Positions 9,051-19,761 of a stretch of 64,000 nucleotides of DNA are shown piece by piece; the stretch's first letter is position 1; each line of letters starts with the position of its first letter. The stretch is from positions 128,001-192,000 of the forward strand of contig CAVZPM010000001.1 of the NCBI GenBank assembly GCA_963777155.1, in the 5' to 3' direction. Below the pieces are notes generated by a model that did no database searches, had not been told where the DNA came from, and was given only the letters and a program-made list of their open reading frames with translations. This stretch comes from Candidatus Bathyarchaeota archaeon (GTDB lineage: Archaea; Thermoproteota; Bathyarchaeia; Bathyarchaeales; Bathycorpusculaceae). A program made the position numbers and the translations under genes.

Positions 9051-10171
9051 GTGAATCCTACAAGAACTGGCTAAAACAAAAACTCGAAAAACTCCAAGCA
9101 ATAGACTGCTACTCCGCTGGGGCAACAGTCGAAGCAGTGGCGAAGCAACTAGGTGTCACTACAAAACAGGTAATCAAGTTGGATTTCAACGAGAATCTGT
9201 TCATACCAAGAGTAAAACAAGCTAAGCTCGTGAAAGAGGTCGCTGAAGAAATTGACTTGCGATTGTACCCTGAGGATGAGGAAGCAAAACTTCGTGAGAA
9301 GCTCTCTGGTTACATGAATGTTCCAAAGGAATTCCTCGTAGTCGGCAACGCAAGTGATGAATTAATCGACCGGATCATAAGACTCTTCGTAGAAAAAGGT
9401 GACAGCGCAGTCTCGTTTACACCGACTTTTTCCATTCCAAGGCTCTGCGTTAAACGTCAAGAAGGCGAATACATCCAAGTGCCGCTCCTAAGCAATCTAC
9501 AACTGGATGTCAAGGGGATGCTGTCAAAATTCTCTGATAAAACCAGACTCCTCTACCTTTGCTCACCAAACAGCCCCACCGCGACACAGTACAGACAAGA
9601 AGATATTGAAACCTTAGCCAGAGATTTTCCAGGCATAGTCCTTTTGGATGAGGCATACGGCGAATTCGCTGATTACTCTTTTGTCCCAAGGATAAAGGAG
9701 TTTGACAACATGATTATCTTGCGGACCTTCTCCAAAGCGTTTGGTTTAGCAGGACTGCGGCTTGGTTATGCTGTTGCAAACCCTGAGTTAGCAAAGATCT
9801 TAACAGAAAAAGCCCCTCTGCCGTACCCTGTTAGTGGTTTTACCCTTAGAATGGGCGTCAAAATGTTGGATAACGTTGATTTGATGATGGAGTCTGTAAG
9901 GCAAGTAAAAAGCGAGCGGGCAAAACTGATACAGGCACTCAATGACATAGAAGGCGTGCAAGCTTTCGATTCGCAAGCCAACTTTGTGTTGATGAACACG
10001 CAAAAGCCTTGCGATTTAGTTAGCCAGAAGCTACTTTGGAAAGGCATTATGGTTAAGAAATGGGGTAAAATCCTGCAATACAACAATTGCTTCCGTGTTA
10101 CAGTTGGCTTGCCTGAAATGAATGCTAAACTAATCGAGGCATTAAAGGAAATTGAAGGGGAAGATGAATGA
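9047..10171 (+). CDS. hisC: Histidinol-phosphate aminotransferase
   Basis: LDFNEN, DEAY, RTFSKAFGLAGLRLGY. Confidence 0.93.
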   Translation: MSESYKNWLKQKLEKLQAIDCYSAGATVEAVAKQLGVTTKQVIKLDFNENLFIPRVKQAKLVKEVAEEIDLRLYPEDEEAKLREKLSGYMNVPKEFLVVGNASDELIDRIIRLFVEKGDSAVSFTPTFSIPRLCVKRQEGEYIQVPLLSNLQLDVKGMLSKFSDKTRLLYLCSPNSPTATQYRQEDIETLARDFPGIVLLDEAYGEFADYSFVPRIKEFDNMIILRTFSKAFGLAGLRLGYAVANPELAKILTEKAPLPYPVSGFTLRMGVKMLDNVDLMMESVRQVKSERAKLIQALNDIEGVQAFDSQANFVLMNTQKPCDLVSQKLLWKGIMVKKWGKILQYNNCFRVTVGLPEMNAKLIEALKEIEGEDE

Positions 10172-10743
10172 GGAAAGAAGAAGTTTACCGTAAAACCAAA
10201 GAAACCGAAGTTAAAGTCCAAGTAAACCTTGACGGAGAAGGAAAAGCCGTAGTAAACACTGCTGTGCCTTTCTTAGACCACATGCTCACTTCATTTGCTA
10301 CTCACAGCTTAATCGACATAACCGCCTCCGTAAAGGGCGACTTGATGCATCACTCAGTGGAAGACCTAGCGATAGGCTTAGGCGAAGCACTCAACAAAGC
10401 CTTAGGTACAAGGGAAGGTATCATACGATTTGGCAACGCAGCAACACCCATGGACTGCTCCCTTGCATTCGCAGCCGTCGACTTAGTAAAGCGCCCCTAC
10501 TTCAAAATTGACCTAAAACTCAAAGGCAAAAAAATTGAAGAAATGCCAACAGAAGACATCAACCACTTCCTTGAATCACTCGCTTCCGCACTTCAAGCAA
10601 ACGTCCACGTCTTCATTGAATACGGCAGCAACGACCACCACAAAGTCGAAGCCGCTATCAAAGCCCTTGCACTATCCTTACGACAAGCTGTAGCAATAGA
10701 CCCCCGCCGAAAGGGTGTCCCCAGTTCCAAGGGAGTCATCTAA
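10168..10743 (+). CDS. hisB: Imidazoleglycerol-phosphate dehydratase
   Basis: RKTKET, FLDHML, HHSVED, NDHHKVEA, PSSKG. Confidence 0.96.
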   Translation: MRKEEVYRKTKETEVKVQVNLDGEGKAVVNTAVPFLDHMLTSFATHSLIDITASVKGDLMHHSVEDLAIGLGEALNKALGTREGIIRFGNAATPMDCSLAFAAVDLVKRPYFKIDLKLKGKKIEEMPTEDINHFLESLASALQANVHVFIEYGSNDHHKVEAAIKALALSLRQAVAIDPRRKGVPSSKGVI

Positions 10744-11348
10744 TGCCCCATGCAGTCATATTCGACTACGGCGTAGGAAATCTCCTAAGCTTAAAAACTG
10801 CGCTGGAAAAAGCAGGCTTAACTGCAACGATCGGCACCACAGCAAAAGACTTGGATAAAGCAGACGCCATCGCGTTGCCTGGTGTGGGAAGCTTCACTGC
10901 AGCTTCAGGAAAACTTGACTTAGTCAAAGACACCCTCCAAACAAAGATCAAAGACGGCACACCACTCCTTGGCATCTGCTTAGGTTTGCAACTCTTCTTT
11001 GAGACAAGCGAAGAAGGTCCTGGCGAAGGCTTAGCACTATTCAAAGGCAAAAACGTTCAGTTACCTAACACTGTTAAAGTTCCCCACATGGGCTGGAACA
11101 CAATAAACATCGCAAAACCAAATGAGCTCTTCGACGGCATCGCTGAAGGTACATTTGTTTACTTCGTACATTCACTCTACCCAGTGCCAAAAGATAAAAA
11201 AATTATCTGCACAACAACAGAGTACGGAACAACCTTCACCTCCTCCGTTGTAAATAAAAACATCTATGGCACCCAGTTCCACCCAGAAAAATCAGGCGAC
11301 GTGGGGATTAAGATCCTAAAAAACTTCGTAAAGACCGTAGTTAAGTGA
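10743..11348 (+). CDS. hisH: IGP synthase glutaminase subunit
   Basis: DYGVGN, PGVG, GICLG, PHMGWN, QFHPEKS. Confidence 0.96.
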   Translation: MPHAVIFDYGVGNLLSLKTALEKAGLTATIGTTAKDLDKADAIALPGVGSFTAASGKLDLVKDTLQTKIKDGTPLLGICLGLQLFFETSEEGPGEGLALFKGKNVQLPNTVKVPHMGWNTINIAKPNELFDGIAEGTFVYFVHSLYPVPKDKKIICTTTEYGTTFTSSVVNKNIYGTQFHPEKSGDVGIKILKNFVKTVVK

Positions 11349-12079
11349 TTAATATGCAGTTGATTCCAGCAATCGATTTGATGAACGGCAAAATCGTCCG
11401 GTTAACCCGTGGCGAAGCCAAAACCGCTAAATTCTACGAAGGCAAATTCGGCACTCCAGTTGAAGCTGCACAGCGTTGGCGAGATGAAGGCGCAAGTAAG
11501 TTGCACATTATCGATTTAGATGCAGCTTTTGGGATTGGCAATAACCACTCAGTCATCGCTGAAGTTGCGAAAAATGTTAATTTACCAATTCAAGTTGGTG
11601 GCGGAATACGCAGTTACGAAACAGCGGAAAAACTCTTCCAAACAGGCATTACCCAAGTGATACTGGGCGCTTTAGCTTTCAGTGATTCATCAGCAATCGG
11701 AAAAATCCAAAAGAAGTTTGGTCTTGACTCAGCAATCGTTGCATTAGATAACAAGGAAGGGCTCATTATGGTTGAAGGCTGGAAAACCGAGACCGCCATG
11801 ACAGTGGATGATGCACTTGAAAAATACACTACTATGGGTGTTCGCAATTTCCTAATAACTTCTATTGCTCAAGACGGCATGCTTAACGGTCCAGATCTGC
11901 AAACTCTGATTGAAGCAACCCAATTCCCCAACGCTAAAATCATCGCGGCAGGCGGAATCGGCAGCATAGGCGATTTGGCGGCTCTCAAAGAAATCGGGGT
12001 GGAAGGAGCTGTCATCGGGAAAGCCCTTTATGAGGGACGCTTCACGTTAAAGGAAGCCATACAAAAAATTGGAGCCTAA
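11345..12079 (+). CDS. hisA: ProFAR isomerase
   Basis: IPAIDL, HIIDLD, QVGGGIR, DGMLNGPD. Confidence 0.95.
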   Translation: MINMQLIPAIDLMNGKIVRLTRGEAKTAKFYEGKFGTPVEAAQRWRDEGASKLHIIDLDAAFGIGNNHSVIAEVAKNVNLPIQVGGGIRSYETAEKLFQTGITQVILGALAFSDSSAIGKIQKKFGLDSAIVALDNKEGLIMVEGWKTETAMTVDDALEKYTTMGVRNFLITSIAQDGMLNGPDLQTLIEATQFPNAKIIAAGGIGSIGDLAALKEIGVEGAVIGKALYEGRFTLKEAIQKIGA

Positions 12080-12083
12080 AAAA

Positions 12084-12887
12084 ATGCCGCTAGCAAAACG
12101 TATCATTCCTTGCCTTGATGTTGACCACGGCAAAGTCGTCAAATGCATCAATTTCCTTAACCCAAAGTGTGCAGGCGACCCTGTCGAGATGGCCAAACAA
12201 TACTCTGACCAAGGCGCAGACGAGCTGGTCTTTCTTGACATCACCGCTTCCTCAGAAAAACGCGATATCTTACGAGGTGTTGTTGAAGGTGTCGCTAAAG
12301 CAATCAGTATTCCCTTTACTGTCGGAGGAGGGGTTCGAAATGTGTCGGATGCAAGGCTGGTTTTGTGTAGTGGTGCAGATAAAGTGTCGGTTAATACGGC
12401 GGCTGTGGAAAATCCTAAAGTAATTACCGAACTCGCCGACGTTTTTGGCCGACAGTGTGTGGTTTGTGCTATTGATGCGCGAAGAAATCGTGAGCCAAGT
12501 GAGGGAAAAATCATGGTTGACACAACTGAAGGGGAATTGTGGTTTGAAGTTGTAACTTATGGAGGGCGCAAGCCAACAGGCATTGACGCTTTAGCGTGGG
12601 CAAAGCAGGCGGAGCGACTTGGTGCAGGCGAGTTTTTAGTAACCTCTATGGACCGTGATGGCACAAAGGACGGCTACGATATTGAATTAACCCGCTCAAT
12701 CTCTGAACGTGTGAACGTGCCAATCATTGCAAGCGGCGGCGCTGGGGAACCTAAACACTTGCTTGACGTCTTCACCGAGGGAAAAGCCGACGCGGCATTG
12801 GCAGCCTCTATATTCCACTACAAACAGTACCCCGTTCCAGTCGTAAAAGATTACCTTCGAAAGATGGGGGTGACTATCAGACAATGA
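12084..12887 (+). CDS. hisF: IGP synthase cyclase subunit
   Basis: [35 protein letters not shown]. Confidence 0.96.
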   Translation: MPLAKRIIPCLDVDHGKVVKCINFLNPKCAGDPVEMAKQYSDQGADELVFLDITASSEKRDILRGVVEGVAKAISIPFTVGGGVRNVSDARLVLCSGADKVSVNTAAVENPKVITELADVFGRQCVVCAIDARRNREPSEGKIMVDTTEGELWFEVVTYGGRKPTGIDALAWAKQAERLGAGEFLVTSMDRDGTKDGYDIELTRSISERVNVPIIASGGAGEPKHLLDVFTEGKADAALAASIFHYKQYPVPVVKDYLRKMGVTIRQ

Positions 12888-13231
12888 CAACCAACGAATT
12901 AGTTGAAAAACTTGATTTCAAGAAAGGCAATGGACTCATACCCGTCATAGTGCAAGACGCAAAAACCAAAGAAGTACTAATGCAAGCCTATGCCAACCGC
13001 CAAGCCGTCGAACATACACTCAAAACGGGTAAAGGAACATATTGGAGCCGCAGCAGAAACGAACTCTGGGTAAAAGGCGAAACCTCAGGACACACTCAAA
13101 AAATCGTGTCAGTCTCAACCGACTGCGACTACGACTCGCTTCTCTACGTGGTTGAACAGACAGGTCCCGCATGTCACACAGGTGAATACAGTTGCTTCTA
13201 CAACACACTGCTACAAATAAAAAAACCATAA
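12884..13231 (+). CDS. hisI: Phosphoribosyl-AMP cyclohydrolase
   Basis: [26 protein letters not shown]. Confidence 0.96.
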   Translation: MTTNELVEKLDFKKGNGLIPVIVQDAKTKEVLMQAYANRQAVEHTLKTGKGTYWSRSRNELWVKGETSGHTQKIVSVSTDCDYDSLLYVVEQTGPACHTGEYSCFYNTLLQIKKP

Positions 13232-13265
13232 TTTCTTTAAGTTTACACTAATAGTAGGGCTTGTT

Positions 13266-13547
13266 TTAGGCTTCAATGCTTGCAGGTTGCATATTAAAAG
13301 TTCCACAAAGTCTTTGGAAAGGAGAGTTTTCTTGTTTTAGTTGTTGTAGTGAGTGTTTTCTGTGCGCAACTTCTTTTTCTGGTTGTGATTTGGGTTTTGT
13401 TTTTGGATTGGGTTGTGGTTTGGGGTTTGTTGGGTTGAAGTAGTGGATGTGGAAGCCTTTTTTCAATGTTGGTTGTAGCAGTTTGGAGGTTGCTTGTGGC
13501 ACCGCGCCCATGGGTTGTGGTTGATAATAAACAAGTCTCTTTGGCAA
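13266..13547 (-). CDS. Hypothetical Pro/Gln/Lys-rich protein
   Basis: 93-aa TTG ORF filling the gap; TTTAAAAG about 24 nt before start. Confidence 0.4.
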   Translation of the reverse strand: MPKRLVYYQPQPMGAVPQATSKLLQPTLKKGFHIHYFNPTNPKPQPNPKTKPKSQPEKEVAHRKHSLQQLKQENSPFQRLCGTFNMQPASIEA

Positions 13548-13613
13548 GCTATTATGCTCAATCCTTTTAAAGAAAAACTTCCTTTTCTATTAATGTCGGA
13601 GATTGTGAGGCTA

Positions 13614-14669
13614 ATGTCCCTTCATGAAGCCATGCTTTACGAGAAGCAACCTGAAGGCAAAGTAAAGTGTTGTCTGTGTGCAAGGCGCTGCTTAATCAGC
13701 GACGATTCAACCGGCTTTTGCATGGTCCGAAAAAACCAAGGCGGAACACTCTACACCCTAAACTACGGAAAAGCCGTATCCGCAGGCGTAGACCCAATAG
13801 GCAAGAAACCGCTCTCACACTTCAACCCTGGTGCATTGGTCATGTCGGTTGCTGCGGCTGGTTGCAATTTCCGTTGCCAATTCTGCGACAACTGGATGAT
13901 AAGCCAGGACCACGAAGTCGAAGGAAACTCCTTTCCACCAGAGGAAGTCGTAAAGTCAGCCAAAAACGCAGGCTGCCAAGGTATCAGTTACACCTACACC
14001 GAACCCACCATCTTCATGGAGTACGCATACGATAGCGCTAAACTTGCGCGCGAAGCAGGCTTATTTAATACCTTTGTAAGCAACGGCTACATGACTCCTG
14101 AAGCCGTCAAAACCATTGCGCCATACTTGGATGCGGCAACCATCGATTTTAAGGGCGGTGGAGACCCTGACTTCTACAAATCCTTCATGTCAGTGCCAAG
14201 CGTGGAACCAATATACGAAACCCTAAAAGAACTCAAACTTGGTGGGGTCCACGTTGAAATTACTAATCTGGTTGTTCCCAAGATAGGTGATTCCATGGAT
14301 AGAATCCGTGATATGGCTATGTGGATTAAGAACTACTTAGGACCCGATACTCCCTTCCATCTCTTACGTTTCCATCCTGAGTACAAATTAACGACGACTT
14401 CGGCGACAAGTGTGCAGGATATGGAAAGAGCTTACTTGACTGCAAAAAACCAGGGATTAAACTATGTTTACCTTGGAAACGTGTCCGGACACCCTGGAGA
14501 GAATACATATTGCCCCAACTGCGACACAACCGTCATAAAACGCAACAGCTTCGACATAACCAATTGGAACCTAACCAGCGATATGAAATGCCCCGTCTGT
14601 GGACAAGCAATCCCCATAAAAGGCAAACTATATCAAAACAGCCAACGCTTCCCATATGCCCTCTTCTAG
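13614..14669 (+). CDS. amrS: AmmeMemoRadiSam system radical SAM enzyme
   Basis: N-terminal CxxCxxxC, DPIGKKPL, CNFRCQFC, YTYTEP, RFHP, C-terminal CPNC/CPVC. Confidence 0.9.
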   Translation: MSLHEAMLYEKQPEGKVKCCLCARRCLISDDSTGFCMVRKNQGGTLYTLNYGKAVSAGVDPIGKKPLSHFNPGALVMSVAAAGCNFRCQFCDNWMISQDHEVEGNSFPPEEVVKSAKNAGCQGISYTYTEPTIFMEYAYDSAKLAREAGLFNTFVSNGYMTPEAVKTIAPYLDAATIDFKGGGDPDFYKSFMSVPSVEPIYETLKELKLGGVHVEITNLVVPKIGDSMDRIRDMAMWIKNYLGPDTPFHLLRFHPEYKLTTTSATSVQDMERAYLTAKNQGLNYVYLGNVSGHPGENTYCPNCDTTVIKRNSFDITNWNLTSDMKCPVCGQAIPIKGKLYQNSQRFPYALF

Positions 14670-14762
14670 CCCAAACACAGCAACCGCTAAAGAGCCAAAG
14701 TCTTTAGCTTAAGCCTTTATTAGGAATAAACCCAAACTGTGCAGTTGTAGCGTGCCCAATCA

Positions 14763-15602
14763 ATGACCAAGTACAACGCATTGGCGGTTTCAACCAATTA
14801 CTGGAAACCCCACAGCAACTACACAGACAAAATCATAAACGCCATTAAAGACAAGGTTGAAAACGGCGACTTTGTTGTAGTTTCTGAAAAAGCAATTTCG
14901 ACTGCTTTGAATAACATGATTGATGAAAGCACAATTAAACCCAGATTAGTAGCGAGGGTTTTAGCGCGTTTTTGGATGCGGCTCATCTGGGGTTATCCGC
15001 TTGGAATTCTATGCGGCTTTGGGCAACGACTGCTAAAGCGATTGAGAAATTACCCTTTGGAGTCTGGAAGCCGCCACAAACAAGTCGCCCTGCAGTATGC
15101 TGGTTTCTGGCAGGCACTCATGTTCGGGTCAGAAGGCGGAATCGACGGCTCAAACCTAGCTTACTCATACGTCAGCCTACCCTTGGTTAATACGGACAAG
15201 TTAGGACAGAACATCCAAAACCAAATCCGGCATCAACTCCAGAAAAATGTATGCGTCATCATCGCCGACACCGACAAAACCTACAAATTGCGAAGCTTCT
15301 TTTTTACCCCAAGACCTAACCCGCTTAAAGGTATCCATTCACTTGGCTCGGGTAGCTACCTTGTAGGCAGATTTTTTAAATTTAAAAAGAGTTCAACCCC
15401 TCTTACTGTTTCTGGTTGTAGCCTCTCGGCAAGTGAAGCGCTAAAAATCACCAACATCGCCGACAAAGCCCGTGGTCCAGGTTCTGGCGCTACGGTTTGG
15501 GATATGGCGGCAAGGTTCAAGGTTAATGTTGATGATGTTAGTTGGGAGATGCTTGAGACAATCGGGCACAAACCCATTGTGATCGTAAGAAAAATATGCT
15601 GA
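14763..15602 (+). CDS. Coenzyme F420-0:glutamate ligase (CofE)-like protein
   Basis: GDFVVVSEKAIS, GGIDGSN, VIIADTD motifs. Confidence 0.75.
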   Translation: MTKYNALAVSTNYWKPHSNYTDKIINAIKDKVENGDFVVVSEKAISTALNNMIDESTIKPRLVARVLARFWMRLIWGYPLGILCGFGQRLLKRLRNYPLESGSRHKQVALQYAGFWQALMFGSEGGIDGSNLAYSYVSLPLVNTDKLGQNIQNQIRHQLQKNVCVIIADTDKTYKLRSFFFTPRPNPLKGIHSLGSGSYLVGRFFKFKKSSTPLTVSGCSLSASEALKITNIADKARGPGSGATVWDMAARFKVNVDDVSWEMLETIGHKPIVIVRKIC

Positions 15603-15711
15603 GAAGGTTAATACGGCACAAAACAAATACTCGTTAGACAGAAAACCCTTCTTTAAGAGCAATAGATAAAAACTGGGTTTGCAAGCACATAGCGGAAAGA
15701 CGGGATAGAAT

Positions 15712-17211
15712 ATGGAAGAAACACTTCAAAAGATGGATGCGTTCTTTAACCCTCGTTCAGTCGCAGTTATCGGTGCAACAAAAAAAGTCGACAAAGCAGG
15801 TCACGTAATCTTCAAGAACTTTGCCACCAACAAAGAACGGGGCGTCTTTAAAGGTGAACTCTACCCAGTTAACCCCGGCGAAGACTCGATTTTGGGCTTC
15901 AAATGCTACAAAAACCTCTGCAAAGTTCCGGGAGAAATCGAATTAATCGTTGTTATCGTTCCAGCAACAGTTGTTCCATCGGTGATGGAAGAAGCCGCAG
16001 CCAAAAAGGTCAAAACCGCCATCATCATCAGCTCGGGTTTCAAAGAAGTTGGCAACAAGGAACTTGAAGACCAAGTGACTGCCATCGCGGCGAAAGCTGG
16101 AATCCGCGTTTTGGGACCCAACTGCTTAGGCGTTTACTATTCCAAAACAGGCATAGACACCCTGTTTCTGCCAGAAACCAAAGTCCTCACCACAGGTGAA
16201 GACGTTATCGCAACACCCCGTCCCTTGCCAGGCAACATCGCCATGATTACCCAAAGTGGCGCCTTCGGAGTCGCCGCATTAGACTACTTGACTGGGCGAC
16301 AGATGGGTGTTAGTAAATTCGTTAGTTTCGGAAACAAATGTGACGTCACCGAATCCGACATACTCCACTACCTACTCCACGACAAAGAAACCAAAGTCAT
16401 CCTCGTCTATCTAGAAGATGTTAAGGATGGACGGGAATTCCTCAAAATAGCAAAGAAAGTTACTTGCAAAAAACCCATTGTCATAATCAAGTCGGGCAGA
16501 AGCGCTGCTGGAGCAAGAGCAGCAGCATCCCACACTGGCGCCATTGCAGGCTCAGACAAAATCTATGATGCGGCCTTCGAGCAGGGCGGAATTATCAGAG
16601 CGCGAGATATGGAAGAGTTCTTCGACATCGGCAAAGCCTTGGCGATGCAGCCGCCAGCTATGGGTAAAAACATCGGCATCTTAACCGATGCAGGTGGACC
16701 CGGAGTCATGACCGTTGACGAATGTGAAGCCTTAGGGTTAACGGTGGACCGCTTCTCCGAGGAAACCTTGCAGAAATTTCAAGAACTAAAAGACCAAAAT
16801 ATCATACTAAAGATCGCAGCCACCTCAAATCCTGTAGACCTCACAGGTTCAGTGATTGATGACATGTTTGTTATGGCTGGTGATCTAATTTTCCAGGATC
16901 CGACAGTCTATGGCATAATTCTTCTCGGGCTTCACCACATGCCTGGGCTCCGTGAAGTGTACATCGACGGTATAGTGAAAATCGCCGAATGCTATACTAA
17001 GCCTATCGTAATGTGCGACATCGGCGAAACAGAAATGGCCCTCTATACTCGTGCACGTTTCGACAAGCTTGGTGTTCCCTCGTTTTCATCGCCTGAGGAT
17101 GCGGCTCGCGCTATGAAAGCATTGGCAAAATATGGCTCTTACCTCAAAAAATCTGGCTGCGCAGACGAATATATGGAAGCGTTCAAAAAATCAAGAAGCC
17201 TTAAACGTTAA
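15712..17211 (+). CDS. acdA: Acetate/acyl-CoA ligase (ADP-forming) alpha subunit
   Basis: PRSVAVIGA, GPNCLG, QSGA, SHTG phospho-His, NPVDLTG. Confidence 0.9.
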   Translation: MEETLQKMDAFFNPRSVAVIGATKKVDKAGHVIFKNFATNKERGVFKGELYPVNPGEDSILGFKCYKNLCKVPGEIELIVVIVPATVVPSVMEEAAAKKVKTAIIISSGFKEVGNKELEDQVTAIAAKAGIRVLGPNCLGVYYSKTGIDTLFLPETKVLTTGEDVIATPRPLPGNIAMITQSGAFGVAALDYLTGRQMGVSKFVSFGNKCDVTESDILHYLLHDKETKVILVYLEDVKDGREFLKIAKKVTCKKPIVIIKSGRSAAGARAAASHTGAIAGSDKIYDAAFEQGGIIRARDMEEFFDIGKALAMQPPAMGKNIGILTDAGGPGVMTVDECEALGLTVDRFSEETLQKFQELKDQNIILKIAATSNPVDLTGSVIDDMFVMAGDLIFQDPTVYGIILLGLHHMPGLREVYIDGIVKIAECYTKPIVMCDIGETEMALYTRARFDKLGVPSFSSPEDAARAMKALAKYGSYLKKSGCADEYMEAFKKSRSLKR

Positions 17212-17584
17212 CGGAAACAGTTACCACGTTACCATCTGCCAATCTTAAGTGCTTACGTAGATAAACCGGTGCAATAATCTCTAAAATATCGTTTGGGTAA
17301 TTGGGCATTATAGGAATCACTATTGCACACTCCAGCGTATCTATGGTTGCCTTGAAAAGAACACCAGGATAGTAACCTGCTTGCGGCTGAACCACTAAGC
17401 CTTCTGCCGTTTCAAGTAAACTTCTTTCAGCACTTTTTCTTGTTAAACGCAGGTTTAGGGTTCCCAAATACGGCGAAAAACCCAGTTTTTCCTCTATCTG
17501 TTGTTTAACCCAGGGCATTTCCAGAAATTTTTTTCCATTGCCCTCTCCTGAAGAAACAGTGCCCACAAAAACTAAGTTAGGCAA
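17201..17584 (-). CDS. ribK: CTP-dependent riboflavin kinase
   Basis: GTVSSGEGNG, LGFSPYLGTLN, EIIAPVYLR. Confidence 0.9.
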   Translation of the reverse strand: MPNLVFVGTVSSGEGNGKKFLEMPWVKQQIEEKLGFSPYLGTLNLRLTRKSAERSLLETAEGLVVQPQAGYYPGVLFKATIDTLECAIVIPIMPNYPNDILEIIAPVYLRKHLRLADGNVVTVSVNV

Positions 17585-17605
17585 AGCTGTGCCCTCAAAA
17601 ACGGG

Positions 17606-17968
17606 CTATTCTTTTAGTTCTTTTAGCCAATGAGCAACCGATTTCAAGATTGGATCAGATGATATCTCAACGACGGGAACAATCATCTTCTCCTTAGTCT
17701 CGATAATCTGCTGGTACTTGGGCATCATCGAATACCCCACAAAAGTCCAGTAAACCTTATGCTTCTCCAGAAGCTCCTTGGCAACTATAGCCGTTGAGGC
17801 TGTAAGAGGAAAATACAGGAAAACCACGCCGTCAACCCAGTACAGACCTGCAAGTTTGCCTCCAGCAATCACTGAAGTGAACCGAGCAATATCCTCTGGA
17901 GTGTTGAATCGGGTTTTCTCCATGATCACAATTTCTTGAAATGGTTCATAAGTAACAGCAACACCCAT
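17606..17968 (-). CDS. Hypothetical archaeal protein
   Basis: 120-aa ORF with GGTGA ribosome-binding site, co-oriented with ribK. Confidence 0.75.
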   Translation of the reverse strand: MGVAVTYEPFQEIVIMEKTRFNTPEDIARFTSVIAGGKLAGLYWVDGVVFLYFPLTASTAIVAKELLEKHKVYWTFVGYSMMPKYQQIIETKEKMIVPVVEISSDPILKSVAHWLKELKE

Positions 17969-18171
17969 AACTTTTCACCGATAGCTAACTAACTGTGTTG
18001 GCGGTTCCCTTTATAATTTTGCCAACTCTAAGAGGAAGGTCAGTATTTGGCTAGAATAGACTATTAAAGAAAGTATTAGCTTTCAATATTGCGATAAGCT
18101 TTCTTTAGAAAAAGTTATAGCGTACGTGGACATTAAGCCATAACTAAATCAACTCATTGGATGGTTATCTC

Positions 18172-19257
18172 TTGCCTGAAATTCGCGTAGCACTCGTCGG
18201 CGTTGGCAACAGCGCTTCAGCCCTGATTCAGGGAACCCAATATTACAAGGACGCAAAAGAAGACACAACAGTACCCGGACTTATGCACGTGAACTATGGC
18301 GGTTACCACATTCGTGATATCCGTTTTGTAGCTGCTTTTGAAGTCAACAAAGACAAAATCGGAAAAGACCTCTCAGAAGCCATCTGGGTTAAACCTAACT
18401 GTTGCGAAAAATTCGCTGACGTTCCCAAACTCGGCGTCAAAGTCTCACCTGCACCAATTCTTGATGGTGTTGCGCCCCATATGCGAGAAACCTTCAACGT
18501 CTACGACGACGTCAAAACTTCAAAAGACAGCGTTGTCAAAATACTCAAAGAAGTCAAAACCCAAGTTCTCGTTAACTATCTGCCCGTCGGTAGCCACGAT
18601 GCAGTCCGATTCTACGCGCAATGTGCAATAGACGCTGGATGCGCATTCGTGAATTGTATGCCTGAATTCATCGGTTCTGATGCAACCAAAGAATGGCCTA
18701 AGAAATTCGAGGCAGCCGGGTTGCCAGTCTTGGGCGATGACATCAAAAGCCAAGTTGGCGCTACAATTCTGCACCGTACACTTGTTAGGCTTTGCCTAGA
18801 TCGTGGTGCCATTGTGGACGAAACTTACCAGTTGAATCTTGGTGGAGACACCGACTTCCAAAACATGACCGTTGAGGGGCGTCTTAAATCTAAACGCATC
18901 AGCAAGACTGAAGCTGTCACAAGCCTCGTACCTTACCCTCTGCCGACAAGAATCGGACCCTCAGATTTCGTGCCTTTCCTTAAGAACAAGAAAATATGCT
19001 ACCTATCGATTAAAACTCGTGCGTTCGGCGATCGACCCATAAGCATCAGTGCAAAACTCGAAGTTGAGGACTCCCCTAACAGTGCAGGCGTAGTTATTGA
19101 CCTTATACGCGCAGCAAAAATTGCCTTAGACCGCAAAATCGCTGGTACACTTCTTAGTATGTCAAGTTACGCATTTAAGCATCCGCCTGTTCAAGTGCCA
19201 GATTCACAGGCACGTCAATGGACGGAAGATTGGATAGCAGGCAAGCGTGAGCGCTAA
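18172..19257 (+). CDS. ino1: myo-inositol-1-phosphate synthase
   Basis: GVGNSAS, YLPVGS, GDDIKSQVGAT, DSPNSAG. Confidence 0.93.
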   Translation: MPEIRVALVGVGNSASALIQGTQYYKDAKEDTTVPGLMHVNYGGYHIRDIRFVAAFEVNKDKIGKDLSEAIWVKPNCCEKFADVPKLGVKVSPAPILDGVAPHMRETFNVYDDVKTSKDSVVKILKEVKTQVLVNYLPVGSHDAVRFYAQCAIDAGCAFVNCMPEFIGSDATKEWPKKFEAAGLPVLGDDIKSQVGATILHRTLVRLCLDRGAIVDETYQLNLGGDTDFQNMTVEGRLKSKRISKTEAVTSLVPYPLPTRIGPSDFVPFLKNKKICYLSIKTRAFGDRPISISAKLEVEDSPNSAGVVIDLIRAAKIALDRKIAGTLLSMSSYAFKHPPVQVPDSQARQWTEDWIAGKRER

Positions 19258-19332
19258 AATCTTTTCTTTTTGTTAAACCTTTTATGTTGGATGCTAATCT
19301 GGTAACTTAGCAACAATTAGAAGGTTCATGTC

Positions 19333-19749
19333 ATGGTAAAAGTTGAATCGTACGAAGTTCCAGAAGGTCTCTATTTCAGTAAAGATTTTGAATGGGTTAA
19401 AGTTGAAGGTGACAAAATTCGCATGGGCATCACCGACTATGCACAGAAGTCACTGCGAGAAATTGTGTATGCTGAATTGCCCAGTGTCGGAACAGAGGTA
19501 AAGCAAGGCGAGCCTTACGGAACCTTGGAATCTGTGAAAGCCGTCTCTGACCTTGTTGCGGCAATCAGTGGAACAATCCAAGAAGTTAACGATGAAGTCC
19601 AATCCAAACCTGAAACCCTAAACGAAGATCCCTATAGTAAAGGCTGGTTAATCGTCGTTAAACCATCCAACCTGCAGGCTGAACTAGCAAACATCATGGA
19701 TTTCAACGCTGCAGTTGAATGGCATAAAGCTCAAGCCCAACCCAAATAA
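19333..19749 (+). CDS. gcvH: Glycine cleavage H protein (lipoyl carrier)
   Basis: GITDYAQ, ESVKAV lipoyl-Lys, NEDPY..GW. Confidence 0.93.
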   Translation: MVKVESYEVPEGLYFSKDFEWVKVEGDKIRMGITDYAQKSLREIVYAELPSVGTEVKQGEPYGTLESVKAVSDLVAAISGTIQEVNDEVQSKPETLNEDPYSKGWLIVVKPSNLQAELANIMDFNAAVEWHKAQAQPK

Positions 19750-19761
19750 AGGCGAAGGAAA

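Noticed and set aside
13495-13506. TGTGGCACCGCG resembling a T-box sequence
   Set aside because: No canonical antiterminator bulge or stem I, lies after the his operon rather than before it, and falls inside a probable minus-strand ORF
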